Assembly (NCBI RefSeq): GCF_003428155.1
Contig: NZ_QLIR01000005.1
Span: forward strand, 30,001-62,000
Direction of reading: 5' to 3'
DNA length: 32,000 nt
Source of the DNA: Fastidiosibacter lacustris
GTDB taxonomy: Bacteria > Pseudomonadota > Gammaproteobacteria > Francisellales > Francisellaceae
Shown here: piece after piece, positions 19,878 to 28,937 of the stretch
Layout: each line of letters opens with the position of its first letter
How positions within the stretch are numbered: position 1 is the stretch's first letter
Program-made: the position numbers and the translations under genes
The notes under the pieces: model-generated
What the model was told of the DNA's origin: nothing
What the model saw: the letters and a program-made list of their open reading frames with translations, nothing else
The model's database searches: none

Positions 19878-22115
19878 ATGGATCAGTTAAGTCTATCTTT
19901 TGAGGATAATGAAAAGCAAACCATTAGCCAATTTACGCGTCAAGCTTATTTAAATTATTCCATGTATGTGATTTTAGATCGTGCACTACCACATATTGGT
20001 GATGGTCTAAAACCTGTGCAAAGAAGGATTATTTATGCAATGTCCGAAATTGGATTATCAGCATTAAGTAAGCATAAAAAATCCGCGCGTACCGTAGGGG
20101 ATGTGTTGGGTAAATATCATCCACATGGTGATAGTGCTTGTTATGAGGCAATGGTGCTTATGGCACAAGATTTTTCATATCGATATCCTCTTATTGATGG
20201 TCAAGGTAACTGGGGATCTCAAGATGATCCAAAATCGTTTGCAGCAATGCGTTATACTGAGTCACGGCTATCAAAGTATGCAGAAGTACTCTTAAGCGAA
20301 TTGAAACTTGGTACGGTTGATTGGACCACAAATTTTGATGGTACGCTTCAGGAGCCAAAGATATTGCCTGCACAAGTACCAAATGTATTGTTAAATGGGA
20401 GTATGGGCATTGCAGTTGGAATGTCAACGGATATCCCTTCACATAATTTAAATGAAGTAGTACAAGGATGTTTATATTTACTAGCGGATAAAAATCATGA
20501 TTTAGATGGATTGATGGATCATATTCCAGGACCAGATTATCCAGGTGGTGCTGAGATTGTTACCCCTTTTGAAGAGCGAAAAAGAATTTACGAAACAGGC
20601 ACAGGTAGCATTAAACTACGTGCGGTTTTTCATGTTGAGGATGGAAATATCATTATTACACGTTTGCCACACCAGGTGTCTAGTGCTAAGTTGATTGAAC
20701 AGATTGCATCTCACATGCACGGTAAGAAAATTCCGTGGTTAAGTGATATTCGAGATGAATCAGATTACAATGACCCTGTTAGAATTGTACTGGTTCCACG
20801 ATCCAATCGTATTGATACAAATCTGCTGATGAGTCATTTGTTTGCAACAACTGATTTAGAGAAAAGCTATCGTATTAATTTAAATATAATTGGTCTAAAT
20901 GGCAAACCTCAAGTTAAATCATTAATCCAAATTTTAACTGAGTGGTTAGAGTTTAGAACACAAGTAACAACTAAACGCTTAGAGTTTCAATTGGATAAAA
21001 TATTAGAGCGATTACACATCCTAGATGGTTTTTTGATTGCATTTTTAAATATTGATGAAATCATTGCCATTATTCGTTATAAAGATGATCCAAAAGATGA
21101 GCTTAAAAAACGCTTTGAACTTACAGATGCAAAAGCAGAAGCAATATTGAATTTACGCTTGTGTAATTTGGCTAAGCTTGAAGAAATTGCCCTTCAAAAG
21201 GAAAAACATGAATTAGAAATAGAGCGTGATGTGATAATGGGTTATTTAGATGATCCAGCTAAGCTTAAAACGCTTATTAAGAAGGAACTAGAACTTGTTC
21301 AGCAAAAGCATGGAGATGCACGTAAATCTGCTTTAATTGTACGCCCTGAAGCCAGAGCGCTCAAAGATTCTGATTTGCAACCTGTGGAAAGCGTAACTAT
21401 CGTTTTATCTAAGCAAGGTTGGGTGAGAGTTGCTAAAGGGCATGAAGTAAACGTTGAAGGTTTAAGTTATAAGGTGGGCGATAGCTACTTTGCTTCTAGT
21501 GTGGGTAAAACTAATCAACCTTGTTTATTTTTTTCAAGCCTAGGTAAAGTTTATAGTTTACTAAGTACAGATCTGCCTTCAGCAAGAGGGCAAGGTGAGC
21601 CAATTACTGGACATTTGAAATTAGAAAAAAATGAGACAATAATAGGTTTAAGTTTTGTGAGGACTGATGATCAAGTGCTTTTTGCCTCAAGTGCGGGCAA
21701 TGCTTTTTTAGCACAATCAGAAGGTCTTATCACCAAAAGCAAAGTCGGTAAACAGGTGATTACACTAGGTGATGATCGCATTGTACCTCCTGTTAATATT
21801 AAAGAAAATGAAGATGCCTTTGTTGTTGCTATTTCTAATCAAGGCAGGCTTTTGGCAGTAAAGAAATCAGAGATCCCAAACTTAACTAAAGGTAAAGGCA
21901 ATCGCTTAATTAATATGCCAAGTCATCTTGCAACAGGCGAAATGCTTAAGTTTGTTGCAGTTGTTCTTAAAGGTGAAACATTGACTATCTTCTCAGGTAA
22001 ACGCCATATGCGTTTAAGCTTTTCTGATTTAAAGGATTATGAAGGTAAGCGGGCAACAAGGGGTAAGCTCCTCCCTCGTGGGTTTCAGAATGTTGATCGG
22101 GTGATTGTGCTATAG
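19878..22115 (+). CDS. parC: DNA topoisomerase IV subunit A
   Basis: 745 aa; [60 protein letters not shown], catalytic AAMRYTE. Length and ending fit ParC rather than GyrA. Confidence 0.94.
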   Translation: MDQLSLSFEDNEKQTISQFTRQAYLNYSMYVILDRALPHIGDGLKPVQRRIIYAMSEIGLSALSKHKKSARTVGDVLGKYHPHGDSACYEAMVLMAQDFSYRYPLIDGQGNWGSQDDPKSFAAMRYTESRLSKYAEVLLSELKLGTVDWTTNFDGTLQEPKILPAQVPNVLLNGSMGIAVGMSTDIPSHNLNEVVQGCLYLLADKNHDLDGLMDHIPGPDYPGGAEIVTPFEERKRIYETGTGSIKLRAVFHVEDGNIIITRLPHQVSSAKLIEQIASHMHGKKIPWLSDIRDESDYNDPVRIVLVPRSNRIDTNLLMSHLFATTDLEKSYRINLNIIGLNGKPQVKSLIQILTEWLEFRTQVTTKRLEFQLDKILERLHILDGFLIAFLNIDEIIAIIRYKDDPKDELKKRFELTDAKAEAILNLRLCNLAKLEEIALQKEKHELEIERDVIMGYLDDPAKLKTLIKKELELVQQKHGDARKSALIVRPEARALKDSDLQPVESVTIVLSKQGWVRVAKGHEVNVEGLSYKVGDSYFASSVGKTNQPCLFFSSLGKVYSLLSTDLPSARGQGEPITGHLKLEKNETIIGLSFVRTDDQVLFASSAGNAFLAQSEGLITKSKVGKQVITLGDDRIVPPVNIKENEDAFVVAISNQGRLLAVKKSEIPNLTKGKGNRLINMPSHLATGEMLKFVAVVLKGETLTIFSGKRHMRLSFSDLKDYEGKRATRGKLLPRGFQNVDRVIVL

Positions 22116-22126
22116 ATTAAAAAGTG

Positions 22127-22300
22127 GGTAATGTTGTCATCTAGCGCATTTGTTTTTATAATCAAAAATAGAAAAAATTGATATACGTTGCAGGAATTGC
22201 AACTCAATAAAAACAGTTAAAGCAGGTAAGAACCAATTGAAATCTAGTCCAAATGGTGCACAAAGATATCCCTGTCAAATTGAATATAAAGCACTAGGTC
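22127..22300 (+). mobile_element. IS1-family-like left-end remnant (terminal inverted repeat plus 5' portion of InsA)
   Basis: Starts GGTAATGTTGTCATCTAGCGC, resembling an IS1-type terminus. A reading frame follows: IDIRCRNCNSIKTVKAGKNQLKSSPNGAQRYPCQIEYKAL, resembling the InsA N-terminal zinc-finger (CxxC ... QRYxC). The start codon is lost (ATA) and the rest of the element is absent. Confidence 0.6.
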
Positions 22301-22309
22301 GGCTGCCTG

Positions 22310-22820
22310 AGAACCTGTTCAAAAATTTTTTTAATTTGCTAAAATCTACGTTTTTAAATTCCAAAAGTGGGGAGTTGAAATGCGAAAACGCTATCCCATT
22401 GATATTACACGCGCACAGTTTGCAGTAATTGAACCCATTCTTTTAAGTGCTAGAAAAAAGACAGCACCAAGAGAACTAGCTTTTGTATTGTGGATGCGCA
22501 AAGTGTGAAAAATACAGATACTGCTGAAAATAAAGGTTATGACGCAGGTAAAAGAGTTTCTGGAATTAAGCGATATATTGCTGTGGATACACAAGGCTTG
22601 CCGCATGCTATCCATATTACAACAAATTAGCTAAACGAAGTGAACTGCATAAGTTTGCTGTGATCCCAAAGAGTTGGGTGGTTGAACGCTCTTTTGCTTG
22701 ATTAGAAAAATAAAATGTCGGCGTTTATGGAAAAACTGTGAAAGAAAAAATAATACCAGTTTGCAAATGGTTGTACTTGCTTTCATTAGGCTAATAGCAC
22801 AGAGACTTTGAACAGGCTCT
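22310..22820 (+). mobile_element. Decayed IS5-family-like insertion sequence remnant
   Basis: Imperfect terminal inverted repeats AGAACCTGTTCAAA (22310-22323) and TTTGAACAGGCTCT (22807-22820). In-between frames carry transposase fragments MRKRYPIDITRAQFAVIEPILLSARKKTAPRE, GYDAGKRVSGIKRYIAVDTQGLPHAIHITT, and WVVERSFA / CRRLWKNCERK...TSLQMVVLAFIRLI, broken by stops, frameshifts and deletions. Confidence 0.75.
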
Positions 22821-22921
22821 AAGGTCTCATCTGCCTGACAAAATTAATGAGACGGTGTACTAGTTACACTAATCTCTGTGTGTTATTATTTTGCTTTAAT
22901 TTGAGTTTGGGAGTTTAATTA

Positions 22922-25666
22922 ATGGGATATATTAACTATAGAAAAATAGAGAAAAAATGGAATATTAAATGGAATGATGACAATGTATATAAAGTTCACC
23001 CCGACTCTACAAAGAAAAAATTTTATTGCATTGACATGTTCCCATATCCTTCTGGTAGCGGTCTTCATGTTGGACATCCTCTAGGATACATTGCTACTGA
23101 TATTACATGCCGCTATAAACGCTTGAAAGGATATAATGTTTTGCATGCTATGGGATTTGACTCATTTGGATTGCCAGCAGAACAATTTGCAATAGAGACA
23201 GGGCAAAACCCAAAAAAAACAACTGAAGAAAACATATGTAACTTTAATTCCCAAATAAGTAGAATGGGACTGTGCATTGATAAATCTAGAGAAATTAGAA
23301 CATCAGATAAAGAATACTATAAGTGGACTCAATGGATCTTTATTAAGTTATTTAATTCTTGGTACGATACAGAAAAAAATCAAGCTAGAGACATAAAAGA
23401 TTTAATTTTATGTTTTGAAAAAGGTGGTTCTTTTGGAATTAATGCAGCTAAGGACAATAATGCTGCTGATTTCTCAGCAAATGATTGGACAAATTTTTCT
23501 GAACTTGAAAAATCAGAAATCCTTATGCAATATAGACTGACTTATCTGTCTTATGCGACAGTGAATTGGTGTCCAAAACTAGGAACTGTACTTGCGAATG
23601 ATGAAGTTATTAATGGGGTATCTGAAAGAGGGGGGCACCCGGTAGAAAAACGGAAGATGAAACAATGGATGATGAGAATAACAGCATATGCAGATCGTTT
23701 GCTATCTAACTTAAATTCTCTGGATTGGCCAGAATCTTTAAAAGAAACACAGAAAAATTGGATAGGGAAATCTCAAGGTATTGTAATTAATTTCAATATT
23801 GACAACTCAAGTGAAACGATAGATATATATACTTCTAAACCTGAAACTATATTTGGCGTAACATTTTTATGCATTTCCCCAGAGCATCCATCTTTGCAAA
23901 GCTTTATAACAAATGAGAATAAGTTAAAAGTAAATGAGTATGTTGAAAAAACTTCCAAAGATAGCGAGCTAGAAAGAGTTTCTAATCTTAACCAAATAAG
24001 TGGAATCTTTACTGGTAAATATGCCATAAACCCTGCAAATAACCAGAAAATACCTATTTGGATTGGAAACTACGTTCTATCAAGTTATGGAACGGGAGTT
24101 GTAATGGGAGTTCCAAGTGAAGATGCAAGAGATAGCGAGTTAGCAAAAAAATATGACTTAAATTTTATTGATGTACTAGATAAAAACACAAATAAAATAA
24201 TAAATTCAAACTTCTTAAATGGAATGTCTACTTATCAAGCAAACGAATCAATATGCCAATATTTATGCAATTTAAAGATTGGAAAGAAAAAAACTAATTT
24301 CAAATTGCGTGACGCAATATTTGGTCGTCAAAGATACTGGGGTGAACCGATCCCAATTTATTATGAAGATGGCATCCCTAAAGCTATTAAAGAATCTGAA
24401 CTCCCTTTAGAACTTCCAGAGATAAATAACTACCTTCCAACAAAAGATGGAACACCACCTTTAGGTCGTGCTAAAGAGTGGTTGTATAAAGGTAAATTTA
24501 AATATGAACTAACTACAATGCCAAGCTGGGCAGCTTCAACTTGGTACTTCTTAAGATATATGTCACCTAATAATGAAAACCATCTTGTAAACAGCGAAGA
24601 CAGTTCTTACTGGGATCAAGTTGACTTATATATTGGTGGCAGTGAACATGCAACGGGACATCTTTTATATTCAAGATTTTGGAATCTTTTTTTATATGAT
24701 ATAGGAGTTATAAGCTTTGCTGAACCTTTTAAAAAAATTATTAATCAAGGGATGCTCCAAGGAAGATCATCCTTTATTTATCGTATAAAAGGAGAAAATA
24801 CTTTTGTTTCAAGTGAGTTAAAAAATAATTATGACGTTCAAAAACTTCATGTTGATATTAAATATATTAACTCAGATGACTCTCTCAATATTAAAGAATT
24901 TAAAACATGGAGAAATGAAAATAAAGACAGTAAGTTTATCTACGATGGTAAACATTTTTACTGCGATTGGACAATAGAAAAAATGTCTAAATCAAAATAC
25001 AATGTAGTCAATCCAGACGATATAATTCAACAATTTGGATCAGATGTCTTTAGAATTTACGAAATGTTTTTAGGTCCAATACAGCAGTCAAAACCTTGGA
25101 TGTTAAATGGTATTGAAGGTGTCAGCAAATTTATCAATAAGCTGTGGCGCTTGTTTTATAATGATAAAGGAGAGCTTATAGTTAGTCATAACGCAGCAAC
25201 ACATCATGAGTTGCATATCCTGCATACTATGTTGCAAAAAGTAGCTAGCGATATAGATCGCTTCTCCTATAACACAGCTATTAGCGCCATGATGATTTGT
25301 GTCAATGAACTAACTGCCATTAAATGCCATAGTACTCACATCCTGAAGGATTTACTTATCGCTGTTTCTCCTTTTGCTGTGTATATATCACAAGAACTTT
25401 GGCAACAAGCTCTTAAACAGAATGATTACATCGTTGACCAAAGTTATCCTGAAATCAAAGATCAATATCTAGACATTAAAGTTATTACATACCCAATTAC
25501 TATAAATGGAAAGTTAAAACTACACATGGATTTTGATTCACAAGATGATAATGAAACCATAAAACAAAAGACTATAAGTGAAGAAAAAATTAAAAGGTTA
25601 ATAAAAAATCAAGAAATCAAAAAATTTATACATGTTCCTGGGAAAATAATTAATATTGTTATTTGA
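22922..25666 (+). CDS. leuS: Leucyl-tRNA synthetase, Bacteroidetes-type
   Basis: 914 aa; HVGH at 23066-23077 and KMSKS at 24980-24994. Features typical of Bacteroidetes LeuRS: YYKWTQWIFIKLFNSWYD, VLANDEVINGVSERGGHPVEKRKMKQWMMRITAYADRLL, KNWIGKSQG, DLYIGGSEHATGHLLYSRFWN, FKKIINQGMLQGRSSFIYRIK, MICVNELTAIKC. Confidence 0.93.
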   Translation: MGYINYRKIEKKWNIKWNDDNVYKVHPDSTKKKFYCIDMFPYPSGSGLHVGHPLGYIATDITCRYKRLKGYNVLHAMGFDSFGLPAEQFAIETGQNPKKTTEENICNFNSQISRMGLCIDKSREIRTSDKEYYKWTQWIFIKLFNSWYDTEKNQARDIKDLILCFEKGGSFGINAAKDNNAADFSANDWTNFSELEKSEILMQYRLTYLSYATVNWCPKLGTVLANDEVINGVSERGGHPVEKRKMKQWMMRITAYADRLLSNLNSLDWPESLKETQKNWIGKSQGIVINFNIDNSSETIDIYTSKPETIFGVTFLCISPEHPSLQSFITNENKLKVNEYVEKTSKDSELERVSNLNQISGIFTGKYAINPANNQKIPIWIGNYVLSSYGTGVVMGVPSEDARDSELAKKYDLNFIDVLDKNTNKIINSNFLNGMSTYQANESICQYLCNLKIGKKKTNFKLRDAIFGRQRYWGEPIPIYYEDGIPKAIKESELPLELPEINNYLPTKDGTPPLGRAKEWLYKGKFKYELTTMPSWAASTWYFLRYMSPNNENHLVNSEDSSYWDQVDLYIGGSEHATGHLLYSRFWNLFLYDIGVISFAEPFKKIINQGMLQGRSSFIYRIKGENTFVSSELKNNYDVQKLHVDIKYINSDDSLNIKEFKTWRNENKDSKFIYDGKHFYCDWTIEKMSKSKYNVVNPDDIIQQFGSDVFRIYEMFLGPIQQSKPWMLNGIEGVSKFINKLWRLFYNDKGELIVSHNAATHHELHILHTMLQKVASDIDRFSYNTAISAMMICVNELTAIKCHSTHILKDLLIAVSPFAVYISQELWQQALKQNDYIVDQSYPEIKDQYLDIKVITYPITINGKLKLHMDFDSQDDNETIKQKTISEEKIKRLIKNQEIKKFIHVPGKIINIVI

Positions 25667-25678
25667 TATAGATAGATT

Positions 25679-25807
25679 GGCAGTGTTTTACTTTAGCGTT
25701 CCTGCTTTAACTGTCTTTATTGAGTTGGAATTCCTGCAATCTACATCAATTTTCGTCATTTTTGATTTGAGATTATAAAAAGGGATGTGCTAGATGACAA
25801 CACTGCC
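25679..25807 (-). mobile_element. Miniature (internally deleted) IS1-like element
   Basis: Begins GGCAGTGTTTTACTTTAGCG and ends with the inverse complement of GGCAGTGTTGTCATCTAGCAC. The interior (25701-25807, reverse strand) is highly similar to 22127-22225 and encodes MTKIDVDCRNSNSIKTVKAG, an InsA-like N-terminus. Confidence 0.6.
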
Positions 25808-25813
25808 TAATTA

Positions 25814-26911
25814 TTAATATTCAAACCTTAGTTGATCTAAATCGTTGTCATCATCGTTATCATATTCCTCGTCGTCATAATCTTCATAGTCATCAACAAA
25901 GTCAAAATAGTCATCATTAAAGTCATCTTCATCATAACTGTACAATTGCTGAGCGTCGTAGCGGAGCGTTTTAATTAAATTTTGTAGATCTGTAGGTGGT
26001 TTGGCAATAAACTCAATATGCTTTTCAGTATCAGGGTGAATAAAGGCAAGTTTATAAGCATGTAGTGCTTGACGTTTGAAAGCTTTTAATACTTCTTGTG
26101 CTTCATCTGATAAGCCTTTAACCAGTTTTAAACGTGGGTTATAGATAGGATCACCTACAAGAGGTGCTTTAATATGCGCCATATGCACGCGAATTTGATG
26201 AGTTCTACCCGTTTCAAGTTTACATCTAATTCGCGTGTGCCCACGATAACGCTCAAGTACTACAAAATGAGTAATTGCCTCTTTACCAGTTGGTGTTACA
26301 GCCATTTTCAAACGGTTATGAGGGTTTCGACCTATTTTTGTTTTAATGGTACTACCAACGGTGATATATCCTGTTACAATTGCTTCATATTCACGCTTTA
26401 CTTGTCGCTTAGTTAATTGTTCAATTAACGAAGTATGAGCTTTAAGACTTTTAGCTATAACCATTATGCCTGAAGTATCTTTGTCCAATCGATGAATAAT
26501 ACCTGCCCTTGGTAGTGTTGAAAAAGCAGAATCGTGTGCAAGTAGCGCATTGGATAGAGTCCCAGAATAGTTTCCAGCTCCTGGATGGACAGTAAGACCA
26601 GCTGGTTTGTTAATAATGATGATATGATCATCTTCAAAAATAACATCAAGTGCTATTGGCTCGGCTTGCCAGTTGTTTTGTTGTTCTAATTGTGTATTAA
26701 GAGTAATTTCTTCACCGCCGATAATTTTATCTTTAGCTTTACGTTGTTCACCGTTTACGAGAATATCGCCTTGTTTTAACCATTTTTGTAATTGTGAACG
26801 TGAATAGTCTCTAAATAGGATGGATAAACATTGGTCAAGTCTTTTTCCAGCTAGTGTTTCTGGTGCAATAACATTTTGATGAATATTTTTAAATACGGTA
26901 TGATGTGACAC
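25814..26911 (-). CDS. rluD: 23S rRNA pseudouridine synthase RluD, with an acidic C-terminal tail
   Basis: S4-like domain (GKRLDQCLSILFRDYSRSQLQKWLKQGDILVNG), catalytic RAGIIHRLDKDTSGIMVIAK, HQIRVHMAHIKAPLVGDP. Track start at 27076 probably too early; in-frame GTG at 26911 (VSHHTVFKNIHQNVIAPETLAGKRLDQ) avoids overlap with bamD. Confidence 0.9.
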   Translation of the reverse strand: MSHHTVFKNIHQNVIAPETLAGKRLDQCLSILFRDYSRSQLQKWLKQGDILVNGEQRKAKDKIIGGEEITLNTQLEQQNNWQAEPIALDVIFEDDHIIIINKPAGLTVHPGAGNYSGTLSNALLAHDSAFSTLPRAGIIHRLDKDTSGIMVIAKSLKAHTSLIEQLTKRQVKREYEAIVTGYITVGSTIKTKIGRNPHNRLKMAVTPTGKEAITHFVVLERYRGHTRIRCKLETGRTHQIRVHMAHIKAPLVGDPIYNPRLKLVKGLSDEAQEVLKAFKRQALHAYKLAFIHPDTEKHIEFIAKPPTDLQNLIKTLRYDAQQLYSYDEDDFNDDYFDFVDDYEDYDDEEYDNDDDNDLDQLRFEY

Positions 26912-26999
26912 AAGTAAAATCCTATAAAAGACGCCTTTTAATCTGGGTATTATTGTAAACAATAAATGACAAAGGCGGTAATGAATCAAAGGAAAATAA

Positions 27000-27800
27000 A
27001 TGAAAAAGATTTTATTGAGGATGTATTGTCTTGGTGTGTTTGCTTTGCTTTCAGCGTGTGCTACCACCACAAACAAGCCTTTACCTTATCAAGGTGAAAG
27101 TGCAGAGTATATTTATGCTAAAGGGCATGAACAAGTTAAAAATGGTGAGTACTATAAAGCGATCGATACATTTCGCTCATTAAATTCTCAATATCCTTTT
27201 CAAAAATATTCTGAGTTGGGAAATCTTGAGCTTATTTACGCTTATTATGAAGATGGTCAATCAGAAATGGCATTAGGTTTGGCTCAACAGTTTTTAAGAG
27301 CCTATCCTACTTCTAAAAATTTGGGCTATGTCTACTATATGATGGGAGTGATCAATTACGATAATGGTCGTGGATTTTTGCAACGCAGATTGCCTTATGA
27401 TATGGCCCAACATGATCCATCTGCTTATATCCAAGCATTTAATGATTTAAAGCGTGCAGTACTGTTAGATCCAGAAAGTTCATTCGTTGGCGATGCAAAG
27501 CGTAGAATGGTGCATATCAACAATGTGGTTGCGGAATATGAATATAATATCGCCAAGTTTTATTTTGACCATGAGGCTTATGTGGCAGCAATTAACCGCG
27601 CTAAGCTTGTGGTTGAGAGTTACCCGCAAAGTAAATCTATTGAAAATGCATTGGTATTGATCATTCGTGCTTATGATATATTAAAACTACCGATGTTAGC
27701 AGAAAAATCGATGGAAGTATTAAAAACAAACTATCCAAATAATGCATATTCAAAATCTTTAGAAGATGCAGCTAAGCGACCAACGGTGGTTTTTAAATAA
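27000..27800 (+). CDS. bamD: Outer membrane protein assembly factor BamD
   Basis: Lipoprotein signal (LLSACATTTNK), TPR-like YYKAIDTFRSLNSQYPFQKYSELGNLELIYAYYEDGQ, divergent from rluD as in E. coli. Confidence 0.93.
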   Translation: MKKILLRMYCLGVFALLSACATTTNKPLPYQGESAEYIYAKGHEQVKNGEYYKAIDTFRSLNSQYPFQKYSELGNLELIYAYYEDGQSEMALGLAQQFLRAYPTSKNLGYVYYMMGVINYDNGRGFLQRRLPYDMAQHDPSAYIQAFNDLKRAVLLDPESSFVGDAKRRMVHINNVVAEYEYNIAKFYFDHEAYVAAINRAKLVVESYPQSKSIENALVLIIRAYDILKLPMLAEKSMEVLKTNYPNNAYSKSLEDAAKRPTVVFK

Positions 27801-27876
27801 GTTAAAGTACTTACAGCCTATCCTTTAAAGGCAGAGAAGTAATTGATTCAGATAAGTAAAAAAAAAAGGTAAGAAA

Positions 27877-28926
27877 ATGTGGTTTAAGAATTTAGCATTG
27901 TTTCAGTTCACAGAAAAATTTGAGTTAAGCGTTGAAGAAGTAGAGAAACAGCTAACCAAACATGCTTTTGTACCATGCTCAACAAGTGCACCTCTTTCAA
28001 TGGGTTGGGTGTCGCCTTTAGCTGGAGATGCTCCGATTATTCATGCAGCAAGTGGTTTTATGATGATAGCATTTCAAATTCAAGAGAAAATTGTACCTGC
28101 TGGTGTAATTAAAGAAATTTTGGATGAAAAGGTCGAAGAAATTGAGCTAAGAGAATCACGCAAAGTTAAAAAGAAAGAAAAGGATACCTTAAAAGAAGAG
28201 ATTTATCAAAATTTGTTACCACGAGCATTTACCAAAAATAGTATGATTTATGCTTATATCGATACATCTTCTGGCTGGTTAGTTGTCAATGCTTCTTCGG
28301 CTAAAAAAGCAGAGCTGTTGACTGTGAATTTGCGTAAAGCTTTGGGAAGTTTGAAAATACGCATTCCAGAAATATTACCCATTTCGATCTTGTTAACACA
28401 ATGGTTGCAAACCAATCAATATCCCCAGGAGTTAACGATTGAAGATCAATGTGTGCTGCAAGATAACAAAGATGCTTCAGGAATTATTCGCTGTCAGCGT
28501 CAGAATTTATTTACTGAGGATATTTTGTCATTAATTGCGTCAGGACGAGAAGTGATTCAGCTTGGACTTTCCTGGCAAGATCAATTGAGTTTTGTAATCA
28601 ATGATGAATTTATGATTAAATCCTTAAAGTTTCTTGAGATAATTCAAGATAAGGCAAGTGATATTGTTTCTGAAACAAAAACCGAACGCTTTGATGCAGA
28701 CTTTATTATTATGGCAGAGACTTTACGAGAGTTTATTACCTTTCTTATGCAAATTTTTGCTAAAGAAAGTAAAAGTGTAGAGCATAATGATAAAGTTAAT
28801 ACTCAACAAACAGTTATTTCAGCTGATATTGCTGATGATTATGCACCTTGGGACGGAGAGGATAAAGAGGACGATATGACTCATGTATTAAATACTAATA
28901 CTACACTTGATCAAGTCGATAAGTAA
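27877..28926 (+). CDS. rdgC: Recombination-associated protein RdgC
   Basis: MWFKNLALFQFTEKF...F.PCS...SMGWVSPL, KVKKKEKDTLKEEIYQNLLPRAF, IYAYIDTSSGWLVVNASSAKKAE. Confidence 0.93.
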   Translation: MWFKNLALFQFTEKFELSVEEVEKQLTKHAFVPCSTSAPLSMGWVSPLAGDAPIIHAASGFMMIAFQIQEKIVPAGVIKEILDEKVEEIELRESRKVKKKEKDTLKEEIYQNLLPRAFTKNSMIYAYIDTSSGWLVVNASSAKKAELLTVNLRKALGSLKIRIPEILPISILLTQWLQTNQYPQELTIEDQCVLQDNKDASGIIRCQRQNLFTEDILSLIASGREVIQLGLSWQDQLSFVINDEFMIKSLKFLEIIQDKASDIVSETKTERFDADFIIMAETLREFITFLMQIFAKESKSVEHNDKVNTQQTVISADIADDYAPWDGEDKEDDMTHVLNTNTTLDQVDK

Positions 28927-28937
28927 AAGGGTCTATA

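Noticed and set aside
22237-22428. ORF 22237..22428 as a gene
   Set aside because: It is a chance fusion reading from the IS1-like insA remnant into the IS5-like left end.
22391-22615. ORF 22391..22615 (-)
   Set aside because: Antisense to the decayed IS5-like transposase remnant.
23773-24027. ORF 23773..24027 (-)
   Set aside because: Shadow ORF antisense to leuS.
26174-26649. ORFs 26174..26416 (+) and 26464..26649 (-)
   Set aside because: Shadow ORFs within rluD.
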